Part shown: in pieces, positions 49,877 through 63,362 of the stretch | Position numbering within the stretch: the first letter of the stretch is position 1 | How the letters are laid out: every line of letters begins with the position of its first letter | Assembly: GCA_000708835.1 (NCBI GenBank) | Contig: DF237203.1 | Span: forward strand, 1 to 64,000 | Source: Klebsormidium nitens | Lineage: Eukaryota; Plantae; Klebsormidiophyceae | Length of the DNA stretch: 64,000 bases | Direction of reading: 5' to 3' | Made by a program: the position numbers and the translations under genes | Notes under the pieces: model-generated | Seen by the model: the letters and a program-made list of their open reading frames with translations, nothing else | Told to the model about the DNA's origin: nothing | Database searches by the model: none

Positions 49877-51482
49877 TCCCCTCGGATTCATTTTGTAACT
49901 TGTTATGAGATCAGGTAAACCTTCGTCGGAGTTGAGCGTCTCCAAACGTAAAAGCGTTGAGAAAACATTTACCAACATGGAGTATACTGGCGGCAGTGCC
50001 GGGCTTTGCGCGGCTGCTGGCAAATATCCCATGTACGAAAGTCAGGTGCGCCGCCTTTCACTGCAAACATATCTTTAAGTTACTTTGATGGGTGACGAGT
50101 GCAGACCATGGTTGGTGTGAAAGACGCACGCGAATTTCTCTCTGCGACGTGTTCCAACTTTTGCATTTGTAAATGACCGCCGACTTCAAACGCCCCCGGT
50201 TTCACGTAAGCCGTATGTGAATTGACCTTTCTTTTTCTATGATGCCCTGGACACAGAGGTATTGGGCCGATAGGACCAGCACGGCGTCGGTCTCCAATAG
50301 AGGACAACCGTCTTTTGCTAGGTGATCCTGCAATTGTGGGTGTCGAGTCCGGCCAAGAAGGACGAAGTCTTGAACACCAGCAACATGCACATCCTATTAA
50401 ACATACTTATGTTCATTGTCAGAATTCGATACTCCCGGCATGACCCGGCAGACACATGTAAGCACGCGTGTGCAACAGCTGGTTATTTAACCATGTCATA
50501 CGTCGTACATGTCACATGACGTTGCCAGGCCAAGGCATACCATATGATATGATCTAACCTTCTTGTTTTTTTGCATTGCGATGATATCTTCGACGTTGGC
50601 AACCAAAGCACTGATGCGCTCAGTCGTGATGTCCCGATTTGACCATTTGAAAATGGTCACTTCCTTTTCAAATTACTGCTCGGCGGGCCCGAGCTCCAAC
50701 TCACTGAGTTGGAAAGGTTCGATTCAAGACCGGCTGACCTGGCCGTGGTGAGGATATCGCAATGACAGCCATGATGACGGTCGAAATTGAGCCTGCGCAG
50801 GTCATGCTCGCACCCTATACAGCTGTAGCTCACTCTCTTCAACGATCACGCCATTCCTACCATTCCCGCTCGAGTAGAGGATTGATGTACGTCATGCGAA
50901 CCAGCAGTTGGGTACGAACATGTGCCACCATGAACTCGGGCGTCCATTCAGTGCACAATTAGATCCAACTGATTGGCTTAAGACGGCTACCATGCTAATT
51001 GTTCCACGACATACTTGATGGATGCACTTCCTTATTGTGCGCCGAGGGCCACCATTATTCAGTCAGTAAAACGGCCGAGCTAGACTAACGTATGCCACTC
51101 TCAGCTATATGCAAAACTGCCACCCAGACGGTTCGATTATATACTACATCAAGGAGAGGCAAACTTTGCTTATTCTAATATAAGAGACGTGTTCAGAAGA
51201 TGATGGTCCTTTCAGCTCGTGCGTTACGTCTGCGTCACGTCTCGAGCGATTGAGTAAACATCAACCTCAATAATGATTTAAAATCAACTCTGCCTCTCTC
51301 AGCGCACCGCAGGAGGTAGTCGCGGGTGGTTGACTTCTTGGTTCATCTCGACGTTCGTATTCCAGGCGAGCTATCAATATGTGTGACCTACATTTCGAGG
51401 CCCGCTCATGAACTCTATGCTACAAAAAGACGAAAAAGACGACGCTATATCATCTTTTCCGTTAAATACCACCCCTTGTCGA

Positions 51483-54400
51483 TCAATCCCGCACGCTCCC
51501 AAAAATGCAGGCTTCCACCTCCTCCCACCCCGACGTCTCGTACAACACCCCGTTCCACCGCCCGCTCCAGCTGTCCCGCGCCGTCAGCCGCGACATCTCG
51601 ACCGACGCCGCCACGAGTGGCCGCAGCGTGACCCCGTACGCCGCGCAAATCTTGCGGAGCGAGAAGCTGTGCCCAACCACAATACCCAGGTCCGCGGCTA
51701 GTAGAGCCAGCAGATCCGTGATCCCGTCACCCAAATAGATGGTGAAAGGCCGGCGCCCACTGTGTCCAACCTCCGAGTGCGCAAACGGCAGCGCTTCTCG
51801 GCTTTGAAAGGCCGGGTCGGAAGCAAACGTGCCGGCGACGAGGCCCTCAAGGACGCGCAGCTTGTCAGGGGCCGAGACGACTGCGCGGCGCATCATCCCA
51901 CTGGAAACACCGTGGGCGTCGAAGGCCAGGTTGTTGGAGTGCACCAGGAGGGCCTGCTCAGCTCCGCCCGCAGCCGCAATGGACGACGAGAGCGCGCCCT
52001 TGATGAGGTCAGCAGACCAGTTCGCAGACAGCGCGTGGATGGGCTGGCCCGTCTCGCGCTGGACACGCGTCAGGAGACTGCCTACGTGAGGGCGGACCTT
52101 CACCTGGGGCAGACGAAAGACAGGGATAAGTTGGAAGCGTGATCTTGGGCAGATCCTGTTGAGCTTGACCAATCGAAGCAATTGGAAGGAGCCATGGGGA
52201 AATGCAGATCCACCTTGCATCGCACCACGGACCTTGCGGGGTTTTACATTGTGCCCTAGCTAATCACCAAGGACTCCCCTCAAAAGAGAGTCGCTGGGTG
52301 AGACAACGAACGGCCATCATTGCAGGAACATTCCTGCTCCTTAGACAAGACTCTCGTGACTTGGTCCCAACTGCGGCTCACCTCCTGCGCAGCGGCTGCA
52401 AACACCTTGTCTGCTGTGACCCCCCGCAGCACCCCCGCTGCCTCCACCTCCGTGTTGGTCGACCCTTCAAGAGCCCCCAGCCGCTCCAGTGCTGCGCGCA
52501 GCCCCTCAGGGTCGAACGGCCGCTTCTCGCCGCTCATGCCAGGGACTGCCGCCCCGCTGTCAATGTCAAACGCACGCGAAGGCGCCTTGAGCCTTTGCCC
52601 CAGCTCAGACGGCTCCGATGGGCTGCGGGCAATGGGGTTTCGCTGCGAGGCTCCGAAAGAAGCCAAGTTGGGCTGGCTAGCGGCCTGGTGTAGGCTGGGG
52701 AATCGCGGGGACTCTGACGGTTCTGAAGAGGTGGATGGGGAGGGCAACTCGATCTGCATCATGGGGGCTGCGAATGGAACCGGCACATCGATGGGTGCAG
52801 GAAGGCCGAGGGAGCTGGGCTCTGGAAGGGTGATGTCCATGGCAGCGGGGGGCAGTTTGGCGGCTTTTCCTTCCCCCATGGGATTGAGAATGTCCTCGAT
52901 CACGGCCTGCAGGTTCTTGCTGTAGCGCTCCAGGACGTGGTCCCATCGGCTGCGCACCCCCATTGCCGCCTCCTCCCAGGCTACCGCGCACTCATCAGCA
53001 CTGCCCCCCGTCTCCCGACACGCCTGTTCAGCCTGCGCCCCTGCGGCCGCCGCAGCCAAGTGCATCAGGGTTTCGCTGGAGTCCTCCAGCGTGCAAGTGA
53101 CGTCGAAGTCGGTTGCAAACACGACAGGAACGGGGCCGGGGGCGGGCTCAGAAAAGAAGGGGGCCGGGCCGGGCTGAGGGGCAGCACAGTAAAGGGCCTG
53201 GGTGTCGGTCAAGAGGTCGAACTCCAGAGACAGGGCGCCGGCATAGGCCTCCTTGATGGCGCCGATGTCGGAGGGCAATGCGCCGCTGGCGTGGGTGTCC
53301 AAGTAGGCCTCGAGTCCAACCACAGCACTCTGCAGATGGAAGACCACTTGTTTTTTCACAGACTAAAACGACGGGATGACATTGGAACACAGCCTTCAGG
53401 AGTGGCTTGGACGGCCAGCCGAGATGGGTTCTTAACCCTTCTCCTTACCTTCAAAAACTTCTTTTACCTCAACAATATCAGAGACGAGGATTTGCGCTTT
53501 GACAGAAAAAGCCTGGCCCACAAGGTATTGCCTTGTCCATTTCAACCTACACAACATCCACGCTGCAAGGCCTCTCAAACCTGTGCCAACAAACCTGGAC
53601 AGCACTGGTGGCTGACCTGCACGTCCTCTGCAGCAAAGGCGGCCACGTAGGTATGGAAAGTACAGCCGTCCTTGTGCTCCCCCCACGCCTTGCTCAGGTT
53701 CGCTGCGGCCCAAGCCCTGACCTTGAGAACTGCCAGACCTGACGCGAGGGACGGGGCAGATGGGGCGCAAAAGGTGGCAGCAATAGCCTGAGCCCCCCGG
53801 CTGGGCTCAGCCTGGAGCTGCAAGGAGCGATCGACCTGATTGGAGTGTGTGAGAGGCCGTAAAGCGCTTGGCGTTACACGCAACTGGGGCATGTGAATCA
53901 TTGCTCATTGCTTGTCACCACGGAGGTGCACGGCAGGACACAGATGAACTGACTTTGGAAGAAGGCTGAAAATGGCCTGTCCTAACAATCTGCTGCAAGG
54001 AAGGGAGGGTAACAGGGACATCCATCAATGCAGTCAAACTCCGAAATCCATTGCACTCGTTTTCAGCGCCAGGGTTAGAAGCTGCTTAGAGCTTACCATG
54101 ATCATTCCTTGCAACTTGGACTGCAACTGTATGAGAGCCCCTCTTTCTGCTGTGAGCTGTCCATCCTCCAGCCTGCAGCACAGAAGTGTGGCTGCTGAGT
54201 GCCTTTGAACCTGTTCTGGTCAATCTTAATCCGAGTCACACAGAGGATGCCGCATCACATCAAGCACAAAACAAACAGCCTGTGTTTAGTCTGTCTTGTC
54301 AACCAGCCCCTCTAAGTTTCTTAAAAATGGCAACCGTTTGTGAAACAGTGATAAATGCTGTAGACTTCGTGCACCTCAAGACAGCCCTCTGGTAAGACTC

Positions 54401-55525
54401 TTCCTACCAATCCATCACACACCTTGTCAAAGAAGTAAGGGGGAAAAAGAGCCCTTACATTGCTGTCAGCTGGCGCAGCACAAACATCTGGTCCGCAATG
54501 AACGCCTGGAACGCCAACTGGGAGAGACTGGCGGTGGCGGTGCACAGCATGAGGGGGTGGTACAGAATCTGTGCCACTAACTTCATTGACGTCCCCCACA
54601 GTGTCTCCGACAGTGACTTGTCTGCCGTGCCACTCTGCTCTACCTCCAGCATGGTCAGGGCCTCTAGGCTGGCTGCCGACGGCAGTGGCCGCACCGGCAT
54701 GGACAGAGTGCCCTCTGATGACTCTGAGAACAGCGACTCTTGACCGTCTGAGCTGCTGTCGGTGTCGTACTCAGAAGACTCATCATGGAACTCGTTGATC
54801 TTTTCTAAGCGCGCACCGGGTCCACGAATCTGGGGCTGGACCCCTGACGAGAATGTGAAGTCTGAGCTGCTAGAGTCGGAGGTGGGGAACTGGAAAAGAG
54901 AAGCAGGGAGGCTTGTCGGCCTTTCGGCAGGCGGCATGGGGAATGAGACGGGCAGCCACAGCTGCTGGTCTGAAGCGTGGGACGCCTGAAAAGAAGCCAT
55001 GCTCAGCGGGGGGTTTGATTCCAACGTCCATGAATGCCGAAGGGCATGAACAGAAGGACCAATGCGCATTGGCCCCTCCATTGAAGCCCAATGATTGATT
55101 CGTGAGCGACCAAAACTACTTTCGCAGCTAATGCCGGTCTCGATCAGGTACTCAATTGGATTGAGCCTTGCAGAATTTACGATTTTCCACTCGAGAGGCT
55201 TGTGTACAAGACCGATTGCAGACTCTAATCTTGAAGTGAAGTGGAATTGGTCTCTTTTCAAACCCTGTGGCATACCCCTAATCTCCTTGCAGCCTCCCTT
55301 CAATAAAGGGCAGCGAGACAGCACGGAAAGAGACGCACGAACTGGCACACCGAACTCCACAACCCATAGATCAACGCCGCAGAAAGCAATGCTGTGTCTG
55401 CATTGATCGGTGAATGCTGGCTTTCGTGCCTCCCCTTTTGCCCCTCGATCGTGGGTGAAAGCGTGGTGAAGCTGGCCCTGGAGGCCACCAGCCAAAGACG
55501 ACCAGGCCCCACTTGTGACCAGCAT
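51483..55525 (-). CDS. TH2-like protein: degenerate TenA domain fused to a HAD phosphatase (putative thiamine-monophosphate phosphatase), about 976 aa
   Basis: Exons 55525-54459, 54172-54097, 53835-53617, 53329-52382, 52103-51483. HAD motif I TDFDVTCTLEDSS, LSANWS, and IYLGDGITDLLALLAADLGIVV, with C-terminal GVLYETSGWEEV, as in plant TH2. TenA-like FQAFIADQMFVLRQL. The 5' end is uncertain. Confidence 0.85.
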
Positions 55526-56085
55526 CTTCAGCAGTGCTGAACGTGTTGCAAGGAATATTTCTGGAGCAAGCAGATCTCGAGAGCAAGCAGTGCGGACCGC
55601 GGTTGTCTGTTGGAAGCTTGGAAGGTGCTTTTGATTCTCGGACTAGGGGAATCTGGAGAATCCTCTGCTTGATAAAATTCTTCAGTTCCTCATCCCTGCG
55701 CGCTGGTGAGGACACTAGCAAATGCACGAAGAGGACGGATCGCGCGGCCGCTTTTGTCGTGATGACGTAGGTAATGTTAAGAGAGAATGGCAGGGCGCCA
55801 CGTAGGCCCGAATGACGCGCAAACGCCAAAGTTTACTTACCATAAGCTATACATTGAAGCAATACCTTATAGAGCAATAACATCCTTTCTTGACGCGGGC
55901 AGTGAGCGCAGAGAAGCTGATCGAGAACCACAGCCTGCTGGCCTTGCAATTCAGAAGCTTGTTCAGCAGTCTGATCGAGCAGATCAATGCGGATGGCGTT
56001 CCTTGCAATCTGCAAGCTTCACTGCGGGAATTGAGAGTTTTCTACCGATTGCTGGCACTCCGGGAAGTTGTGCCTCTCAAGAAGC

Positions 56086-59000
56086 ATGCCGTCCTCTTAT
56101 TGCAGCAGGGCGCTGACAAGCAGTGGCACCCAGCTCCCAGACCTGGTGGCCCGTCTGCGGTCGCCCCGGGGCGACAAAGTGAACAGACAACCTTTTAGAG
56201 TCTGCATTGCTGGCAATTCGCCTACATATACTCCAAGAGGGGATGCTTTTGAGCTGTTGCTTTGTCCAAGACAATTGCCTGGGCCAATGCTGCGCAGCTG
56301 CCCCCAGCGTCTCCACTCTCAGCGCCGCGCCATACATGCAAGAAGCACGAGCCTGGATCGTGCACCTGCGCAGGGTCAGAAAGCGGCGCAGTCCGTTGAG
56401 AAGGAGAGCATAATAGAGGGCCACACGTGGGAGTGGCGCCACCGGTGGCATGTCTACTACGAAACAGCGGGCACGCAAGGGCCACCGCTGGTGTTTCTTC
56501 CCGGGTTCGGGGTGGGCTGCTTCCACTTCCGGGACCAGCTGCGCGACCTCGGCAGCGACCACCGCGTGTGGGTCATGGACCTGCTGGGGCAGGTGAGGCA
56601 CAGCAATGGAGACTCCCCGCAGTACACTCATTTTTCAGAGAGAGACACTATCCAAACTACTTGCGGGCGTGCATTCAAGATATGGTCTGAATAGACTCTC
56701 TAGACTTGCTTAGCGAGTGGGTCTTGGAGCGCCTTGACGTTACTTGTTGATTGTTGAGTGTGGGCCCAACGACCAGGTTCAGCCCGTGGCCTCGGCTGAC
56801 TGCAGGGCAACTCGTGGCCGTCGCATGACCCTGCCCCCCATGCGGACGGGGACTTCAAGTACTGGGGGTTTGGGCCAGCGGCAGAGGAGTGGGCCGGGGA
56901 TCTTATTTACAGCGTGGATACATGGACCAGCCAGGTGGCGCTCTCCACCCTCGCTTTCCTGGACCGATGGGGTATCAATCTTGCACCTCCTTTCGAGACA
57001 GCTCCATTTGGCTATCCATGTTCAATTGGGGCACTCGTCGCGCGTCTTTCTATCACAACGGCCATAAGCTCTTTTAGTGCAAGTTCGAATGAGGAAGTGG
57101 AGCTCGGAAACGAGGGGTATTTAGAAACAATCCATGTGATGTGCCCAAGCGCTTGCCAACACGGCCCGTCCGGGCGCCTTGCCTGGCGTGCAGATTGAGG
57201 CGTTTCTGGCGACCGTAGTGAAGGAGCCGGTATACCTCCTGGGGAACTCTCTGGGGGGCTATCTGGCCGTCTCACTTGCTGCGCGCCGGCCCGACCTCGT
57301 CAAGGGCGTGTGCCTGGTCAACGGTGAGAGGGCAGGCGCTGCACCAACATTTGTCTGGGGCAGAAGTCTGTAACACGCACCTTCTGCAGTTCTTCACACC
57401 AAATGTGTTCGATGGTGGACTACGAAATCACCTGCTCTTTTTGGAACTTCCTTGCACTCGCCCACTTGTGAGGCACCTCACTTATTGCAAAAGCCTAGCA
57501 TGCCAACATTGGTGAGGACAGGAACATAGGCCAGACCTGGTGAGCAGACCCCACGTCTTTTCACAGGGATATCGAACATGGCAACCAGTTCACTCGATGA
57601 GGTTGGGGGTGTCAAGTTAACCAGTTATGCGGATCTGAAACGCCAATCATGGTCTTACAGTGTCAAGTAAGAGCAAAAGTCACCACACAGCAACCAGCGC
57701 AGTCACTGGAGGCCCTCACTGTCCTTTGCGTGCTTGCAGCCACCCCGTTCTGGGCGTTCATCCCCAGCCCCAAGTCCAAGAACTGGTTCTCCAGACAGAT
57801 TGGCCGTGTCATCTGGGCGGGCGCCGTCCCTGTGCCGAGATGGGCGCGCTGGGCCAGCAGCCGCTGGTGGGACGCGCTGCGCAACCCCGGGGTCAGTGCC
57901 GCACCAATCCTGATCCCCAGTTCACAGGTGTCCAGTTTTCCGTGGTTACGGGTTGGTCGAGGTGGCAGCTCCGCATTCATCGTCATGCATATGGAGAACA
58001 CCTTTGAGAAACGACCAGATCCGAGCTCGGTATATGCCGAGTAGTCGAAACTGGCCGAAACTCCCTTTATTTTTCCGCTGTTCAAAGCGGCGTATCTGTA
58101 ACTTCCGGACGCAGCCGACGAAGGCGGTCTTTCGGAACTCCGCCCGATTCTGCACGTAAGTTGGGCAGAACGCTGAGGGCTTCGACGGGTGCGGGGGTCA
58201 GAAAGAATTTTGGCAGCTCCGAGACTTCAGCTTGTCTCAGAAGAACCGCGGCGTTTGTCATCCACGCTTGACTTGCTATGTGGGATAAGTTGACCTCTTC
58301 GAAGATGGTTACATCGCAATTTTACAGGCGCCGTTTGTGGCAGAACTTCGCTTTGGAGGATGGTCGGCGAGCACGTACATCCATGGTCAGTGGCCCCTTC
58401 AGCTTCCGTTTTGCAAGGCCGTTTCACCACCTCCATGCCCGGCCCAAAACCTCCCGCTCTTTCTCTGTGCGCGCAGACGATCCGCGCGCTGCTGGCCCAG
58501 GTGTACTGCAACCGCGAGCGCCTCTCCGACGAGCTAGTGGCGCAGATTGTGGAGCCGACGTCGCACCCCGCGGCCGCATCCGCGTTTGCGTCCATCATCT
58601 TCGCCCCAAAGCCCGAGAACAGCTTCAATGAGGGCCTGCACAAGCTGCGGGCACACGGCGTCCCGCTCTGCCTCATGTACGGTGAGGCGACGCTCAGCGG
58701 CGCCTCTGCCGTCCTTTGCACCTTCTGTCGATTTCGATGAAGATTGATAGCAGAGAAAGAGTTCTTCTACTATCAACCGTGCGTGGTTGTTTTGGCCTCG
58801 TTCGTCAGGGCTTCGGGATATTGATTCCGACGATGACTTGCCTCCTTTTCCCCACAAGTTTTCGGGGTCTTTGGGCGCTAAAGGGCTCGTAGGAACACGC
58901 ACTTTTGATGCACCCTCGATTTGTACAGGTCGTGAAGACCCGTGGGTCCGGCCGGTTTGGGGGCAGCAGGCGAAGCGGATAGTGCCAAACGCTCCTTACT

Positions 59001-59594
59001 TTGAGATCAGCCCCGCTGGACACTGTGAGTCGCACTGCAGTCGCCGTCCCTCGTTCACTTGACTTCACTTCATGCTGATGCTGTCCAATCGACGACAGGA
59101 TTTCAACGAATGACGTCCGCACACTGCTCGGTTGCAGAATACAATGTCCTCACTCGCAGGGGCTTGTGCTGAGCATGCGCCTCCAAGTGGCGTCACCAGA
59201 TACACCTACTTCAGTTGGTATTGGGCATCGTTACGCTCGCTTCTTCTCGCTGCAATTGGTACATGCTCGTTCTTGGGGCATCGCCGGTGTCAGTCGGCTC
59301 TCAAGCTGATGTTTGTATGTGCAACCGGCTGCCAGCACACCATTTGCTGACGGGTGCTTAATCTCGACAGGTCCTCATCACGAAGCCTATGAAGTGTTCA
59401 ACATCCTAGTTCGGAAGTGGATTGCGCATCATGAGACAGATGGAGAAGAACCCTTGCCCGAGCGACTAGACGCTGTCGAGATTGGATTGGCTAATGAGTT
59501 GGTGTGCGCGGAGCTTGTCAGCGGCGAGCCGAGGAACGCCTTCGAGAGAATTGCAAGCGGCGTTCTGGGGGGACGGCCGAGAGAGTCGGGTTAG
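56086..59594 (+). CDS. PPH: Pheophytinase-like alpha/beta hydrolase, plastid-targeted
   Basis: Exons 56086-56592, 56806-56934, 57194-57323, 57740-57891, 58477-58681, 58929-59024, 59371-59594. Motifs FLPGFGVG, YWGFG..EEWAGDLIYSVDTW, nucleophile GNSLGG, NATPFW, GREDPWVRPVWG and SPAGHCPHHE. Confidence 0.9.
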
Positions 59595-60566
59595 ATAAGC
59601 ACCCAGTGCATGTTGGAGTGTTATTCGTCGAGTCGAAGCAGGTTGCGGTGATATGCATAAGCAGGCTAGACAAATGCGAACGTTGCGAGTTGCTTCAGCA
59701 TGTGTTGCGAAGTGACCACATCAAAGTAGACAGTGTAGCTGTACATAAGAGCATGCCTTTGAAATTTGGACGGCTTCAAGTCAATTAGCACACACCAGAG
59801 TCAAGCAGACTCATGTGTATTGCAGATAGCCTGGCAGCTGATGCAATCAGAGTTCGTCTATAGGCATGTGGATCAGAAATAAAGTTTATGCATCTCGCGG
59901 ATCCATGCTCAGTAAATCATGACGTGTATGATTGATTCGACCAGGTCACGCGTCCTAGCTTCAGCTTTTTTGCCGTCCAGCTAGGCAGCTGCATGCCGAC
60001 TAGTGGACACCCATGGGTGCAGTGCGCTGTGTTATGCATGTGAACTTGCAATGATTCATATGCATGCTAGCTCTCCAATAAATAAAAGGATGCTACAGGT
60101 ACTTTTTCAATTTCAGAAACGATCCACATATACCTCTACATGCGCGTTATAAACATCATGCACATATGCGCGCAGTATATGATAATTGAGCTATAAGGCT
60201 GGTGTACATGTTGCACTCCTGGTTCGATCTCAGATATGTCAAAGTCCGCGGCGGCGGCCCTGGCGAATAAATTCAAAAAATGTCGCATGAATACCGTACA
60301 TTTCTCTGATGCATTGCATCAACACTGACAGCATACGGCATACCAAATGCCATGCAAGTGGTCTGGCATGCGCCAAACATGACAGAAGTCCTTCCCATGA
60401 CGTACCTTGTCGGAGGATCGGAAACAGCCAATGCATGGAGTTGGGCTCAAGCCGCTGATATCATCAGGCTTTCCAGATTGACCCGCGTGCAAATCAGCTT
60501 TACTTACATGTAAACATTCAATATACATGTGGAATAAGGATCTTCAAACACTGGTACTGTGAGCTG

Positions 60567-63362
60567 CTACGTCCGCATGCCACCTGGGTTCCGCCAAGCT
60601 GGCAAATCCTGCTGGACCGCCTTTGAACCCTCTTCAAGCCCTTCTTCTTCCATCCCGTACTCTTCTCCGTAGTATCTATCTACAAGGCTGTTGGCCATGT
60701 TTCTAAGCTCGTCGTTTCCGTGATACTGCAGCGACTCGAGCGCGTCTATCCCGTCCGCTTCTTCGACTAGCTTCACGCCTCTCCCGTTTGGCAGCGCCCG
60801 CAAAACGACTTCTGCGAACTGGACGCCGAGACGCGCGGCCTCCTGGTCCGGGGACCTCACGAGGGCCAGGAAGCCGGGCAAGCAACCGGCCCGCACCACG
60901 GCCTCCAGATGACTCAGCACTACTGCGCCACCACCTGCGCAGAACGAATAAGCCAGGCGGCTAAGCAACGACGCGCTTTGTGTGGTTTTCAACGGTGAAG
61001 GAGGACCGTGAACTGGTGCCCCACGGTATCCAAGACGGAGACACTGCGGGGCTGAATTGTGCAGGGGGTGGCGCCGGAATCGTAGCTGCACTCCAGAAAA
61101 ACAAGGGTCTCGTGAACGAGGTAGCAACAGAGTTGGCTCCAAACGCCTCGAGGACCATGATTGCGTCTGGGGTCGCCCTAGCCTGTGGGGGTCAGTCAGC
61201 CCGAATCGCACACTTGAAGCGTTTGCCTGTGACCGCCAGATCGATTGATGCGCCCCATTGCTACGAGTCCGGCTTTTGCTGTAAGAGCCAATTTGGTCCG
61301 GCGGCTCGGCCGTTCACCTCCAGGAGCAGCACACATGTTTGCGAGCGCAAAGCCCGCCTCCTTCTTGACGTCGAAGGCGGCCTCCTGCAGCAGGCGCGCG
61401 GCGGCCGCGATGACGTCAGGAGTGGCGACGGCCTGCTTGTGCTGCAGCGTGCCCCCCGCGATGTTGGCCACCGCCCACGCGGCCTCCTTCTGCAGCGTGC
61501 GCTCGCCGCTCTGCAAGCACCGGCACAGCGCGGCCACGACCGAACCTGGCAAACGAAAGAAGGGAGTGTCATTGCGATCCGCGGGTACAGATCGCTGTTT
61601 GGGATGCACTCCAAACAGCAGACGCGTTTATTGTAAGCGCACTTTGGTGGGACGAGAAGTTCCAGACCTGCAATGCTCCACGAAGGGGAGCCGTTCAGTT
61701 GCTGAAATGCGTGAGGCCTTTTCGTTCAATACCGGAGTGGCTTCGTTCCACTCGTCTTTAAGGGAAGCGAAGAATGTCTTTCTCTCAGGGAATTGGAGCG
61801 AAGAGCCACACTTCCAAAAGTGCAGCGGTGCAGCGTTTAGGCATTTGGCCGCTCTTTCATCCTTGTCGGGCGGACGTTGTGCACGTCGAGGCAACTAAAA
61901 CGGACTGAAACATTCTACTTTGAACCCCATATACTGGCACCCCCCTCTCCCCGCCCCTCACCTGCCCCCCCCGGCGCCGCGACAAACACGGCGTCCGTCT
62001 TGCTGTCCTGCCCACTGACCACGTTCCCCACCGCGCGCAGAACGGGAATCACCACGTGCTTCTCGGTGGCTGTCACCAGGTGCCGCACGAGCGGCGGCAG
62101 CGCGCCCAGCTTGATCAGCCGGTCGGCGTGCGCCTCGGGCCCCGCGGCCAGGTACGTCAGGATCCACGCGACCTCCGTAACTAGGGCGGGGCTGCCGCCA
62201 TCCAAGCCCGCCACTAAAGCGTTGATGAGTGGGCCGTTCTTGATGGCCTCCGACGCGGCTTTCTGGCTGGGGCCCTGCGGGACAAGACGGGGAGGGTCAG
62301 AGCACATAGGGAGCGGACGATCACTGAAGCAGAGGGGCCCATGACTGGGACTGCATCACGGACAGATAATCGTATAGCAATGGACGACTTTCGCGCCCAT
62401 TACAAGCCGCCTGCTGAAAGACAGCCGGAGTTGCCAACTCCTCTTACCAGGACGAAGGTGGTCAAAAGAAACAGAACTCCCTCCAGACCTAGTTCATCCA
62501 GACAGCCGAACGATCCTAGAGCGACGTTCAAGAAGAAAAGTGTACACTTTAAACAGTCTTAGCCCACCTTCAGGAGATTTGAGAGTGCCCACGCGGCCGT
62601 CTGTTTAAGGGTTGACCCCGGTCGCTCTGTTTCCGCCACTCGCGCAGAGAGTGGCCCCAGCGCCCCATTGGCCAGCAGCACGTCCCGCAGCTCCTGGCCC
62701 TCCCCCGCAAGATTGCCCAGCGCCCACGCAAACTGCTCCGCCACGTCGAGGGCCCGCCCTGGAAGCGACGGGCTTTCTCGTTAGCTGAACCTTGAGCAGA
62801 GTAATTATGTTCTAGAGGTCAATTTCGTAGCAAGACGTTTGGCCACTATCATCTATGACCTGTCACAAAACGACGACGTGGTGTGGGAACAGCTTCCAAT
62901 ACTGCTCGCCTCTAGCGCATATTGAAACAGAAACGAACGCGAATCGTTGGTTGCAGCTACAAATAAGCAAGCCTCTCTTCGACAAACATGAGGAGCGCCT
63001 TGAAACGGGCGCATTTCCAACTCTGAACCAGGCACGCTCGGCCTTAAACTAGAGAAATTTTCTCTTGTAAGGTCCAATTGTTTGTCATCCCTGGAGTAGG
63101 CGTGGAAATGTATCACTGATGCGGGACAGGGTACGATTGACATGCAAGTACTCAACACTGCCCACGAGCCCCGATGTGCACCTTGCAGGTGAGCGATGAG
63201 GAGCGGAGCCGTTGGCAGCACGGCCGTGGCCTGGTCCGTGTCTCCACTGGCGATGTTGGTCAGGCACCAGGCCGCCTCCAGCAGCTGCTCCGGACCACTG
63301 ACCCCAAACTGCAGCGCCTCCCCCAGGAGGGGAACAGCCCCGGCAGCCACTGCCACGTCCAC
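60567..63362 (-). CDS. Importin alpha (IMPA9-like), 3' part; 5' exons not found in the window
   Basis: Exons 63362-63182, 62758-62568, 62274-61962, 61545-61318, 60934-60567. ARM repeat signatures EAAWCLTNIASG, QFAWALGNLAGE, AAWALSNL, EVAWILTYL and KEAAWAVANI. C-terminal LVDRYYGEEYG. Confidence 0.92.

Noticed and set aside
50710-50735. GGTTCGATTC tRNA T-loop-like word (also GGTTCGATC near 60223)
   Set aside because: No convincing T-stem, D-arm, anticodon arm or acceptor stem.
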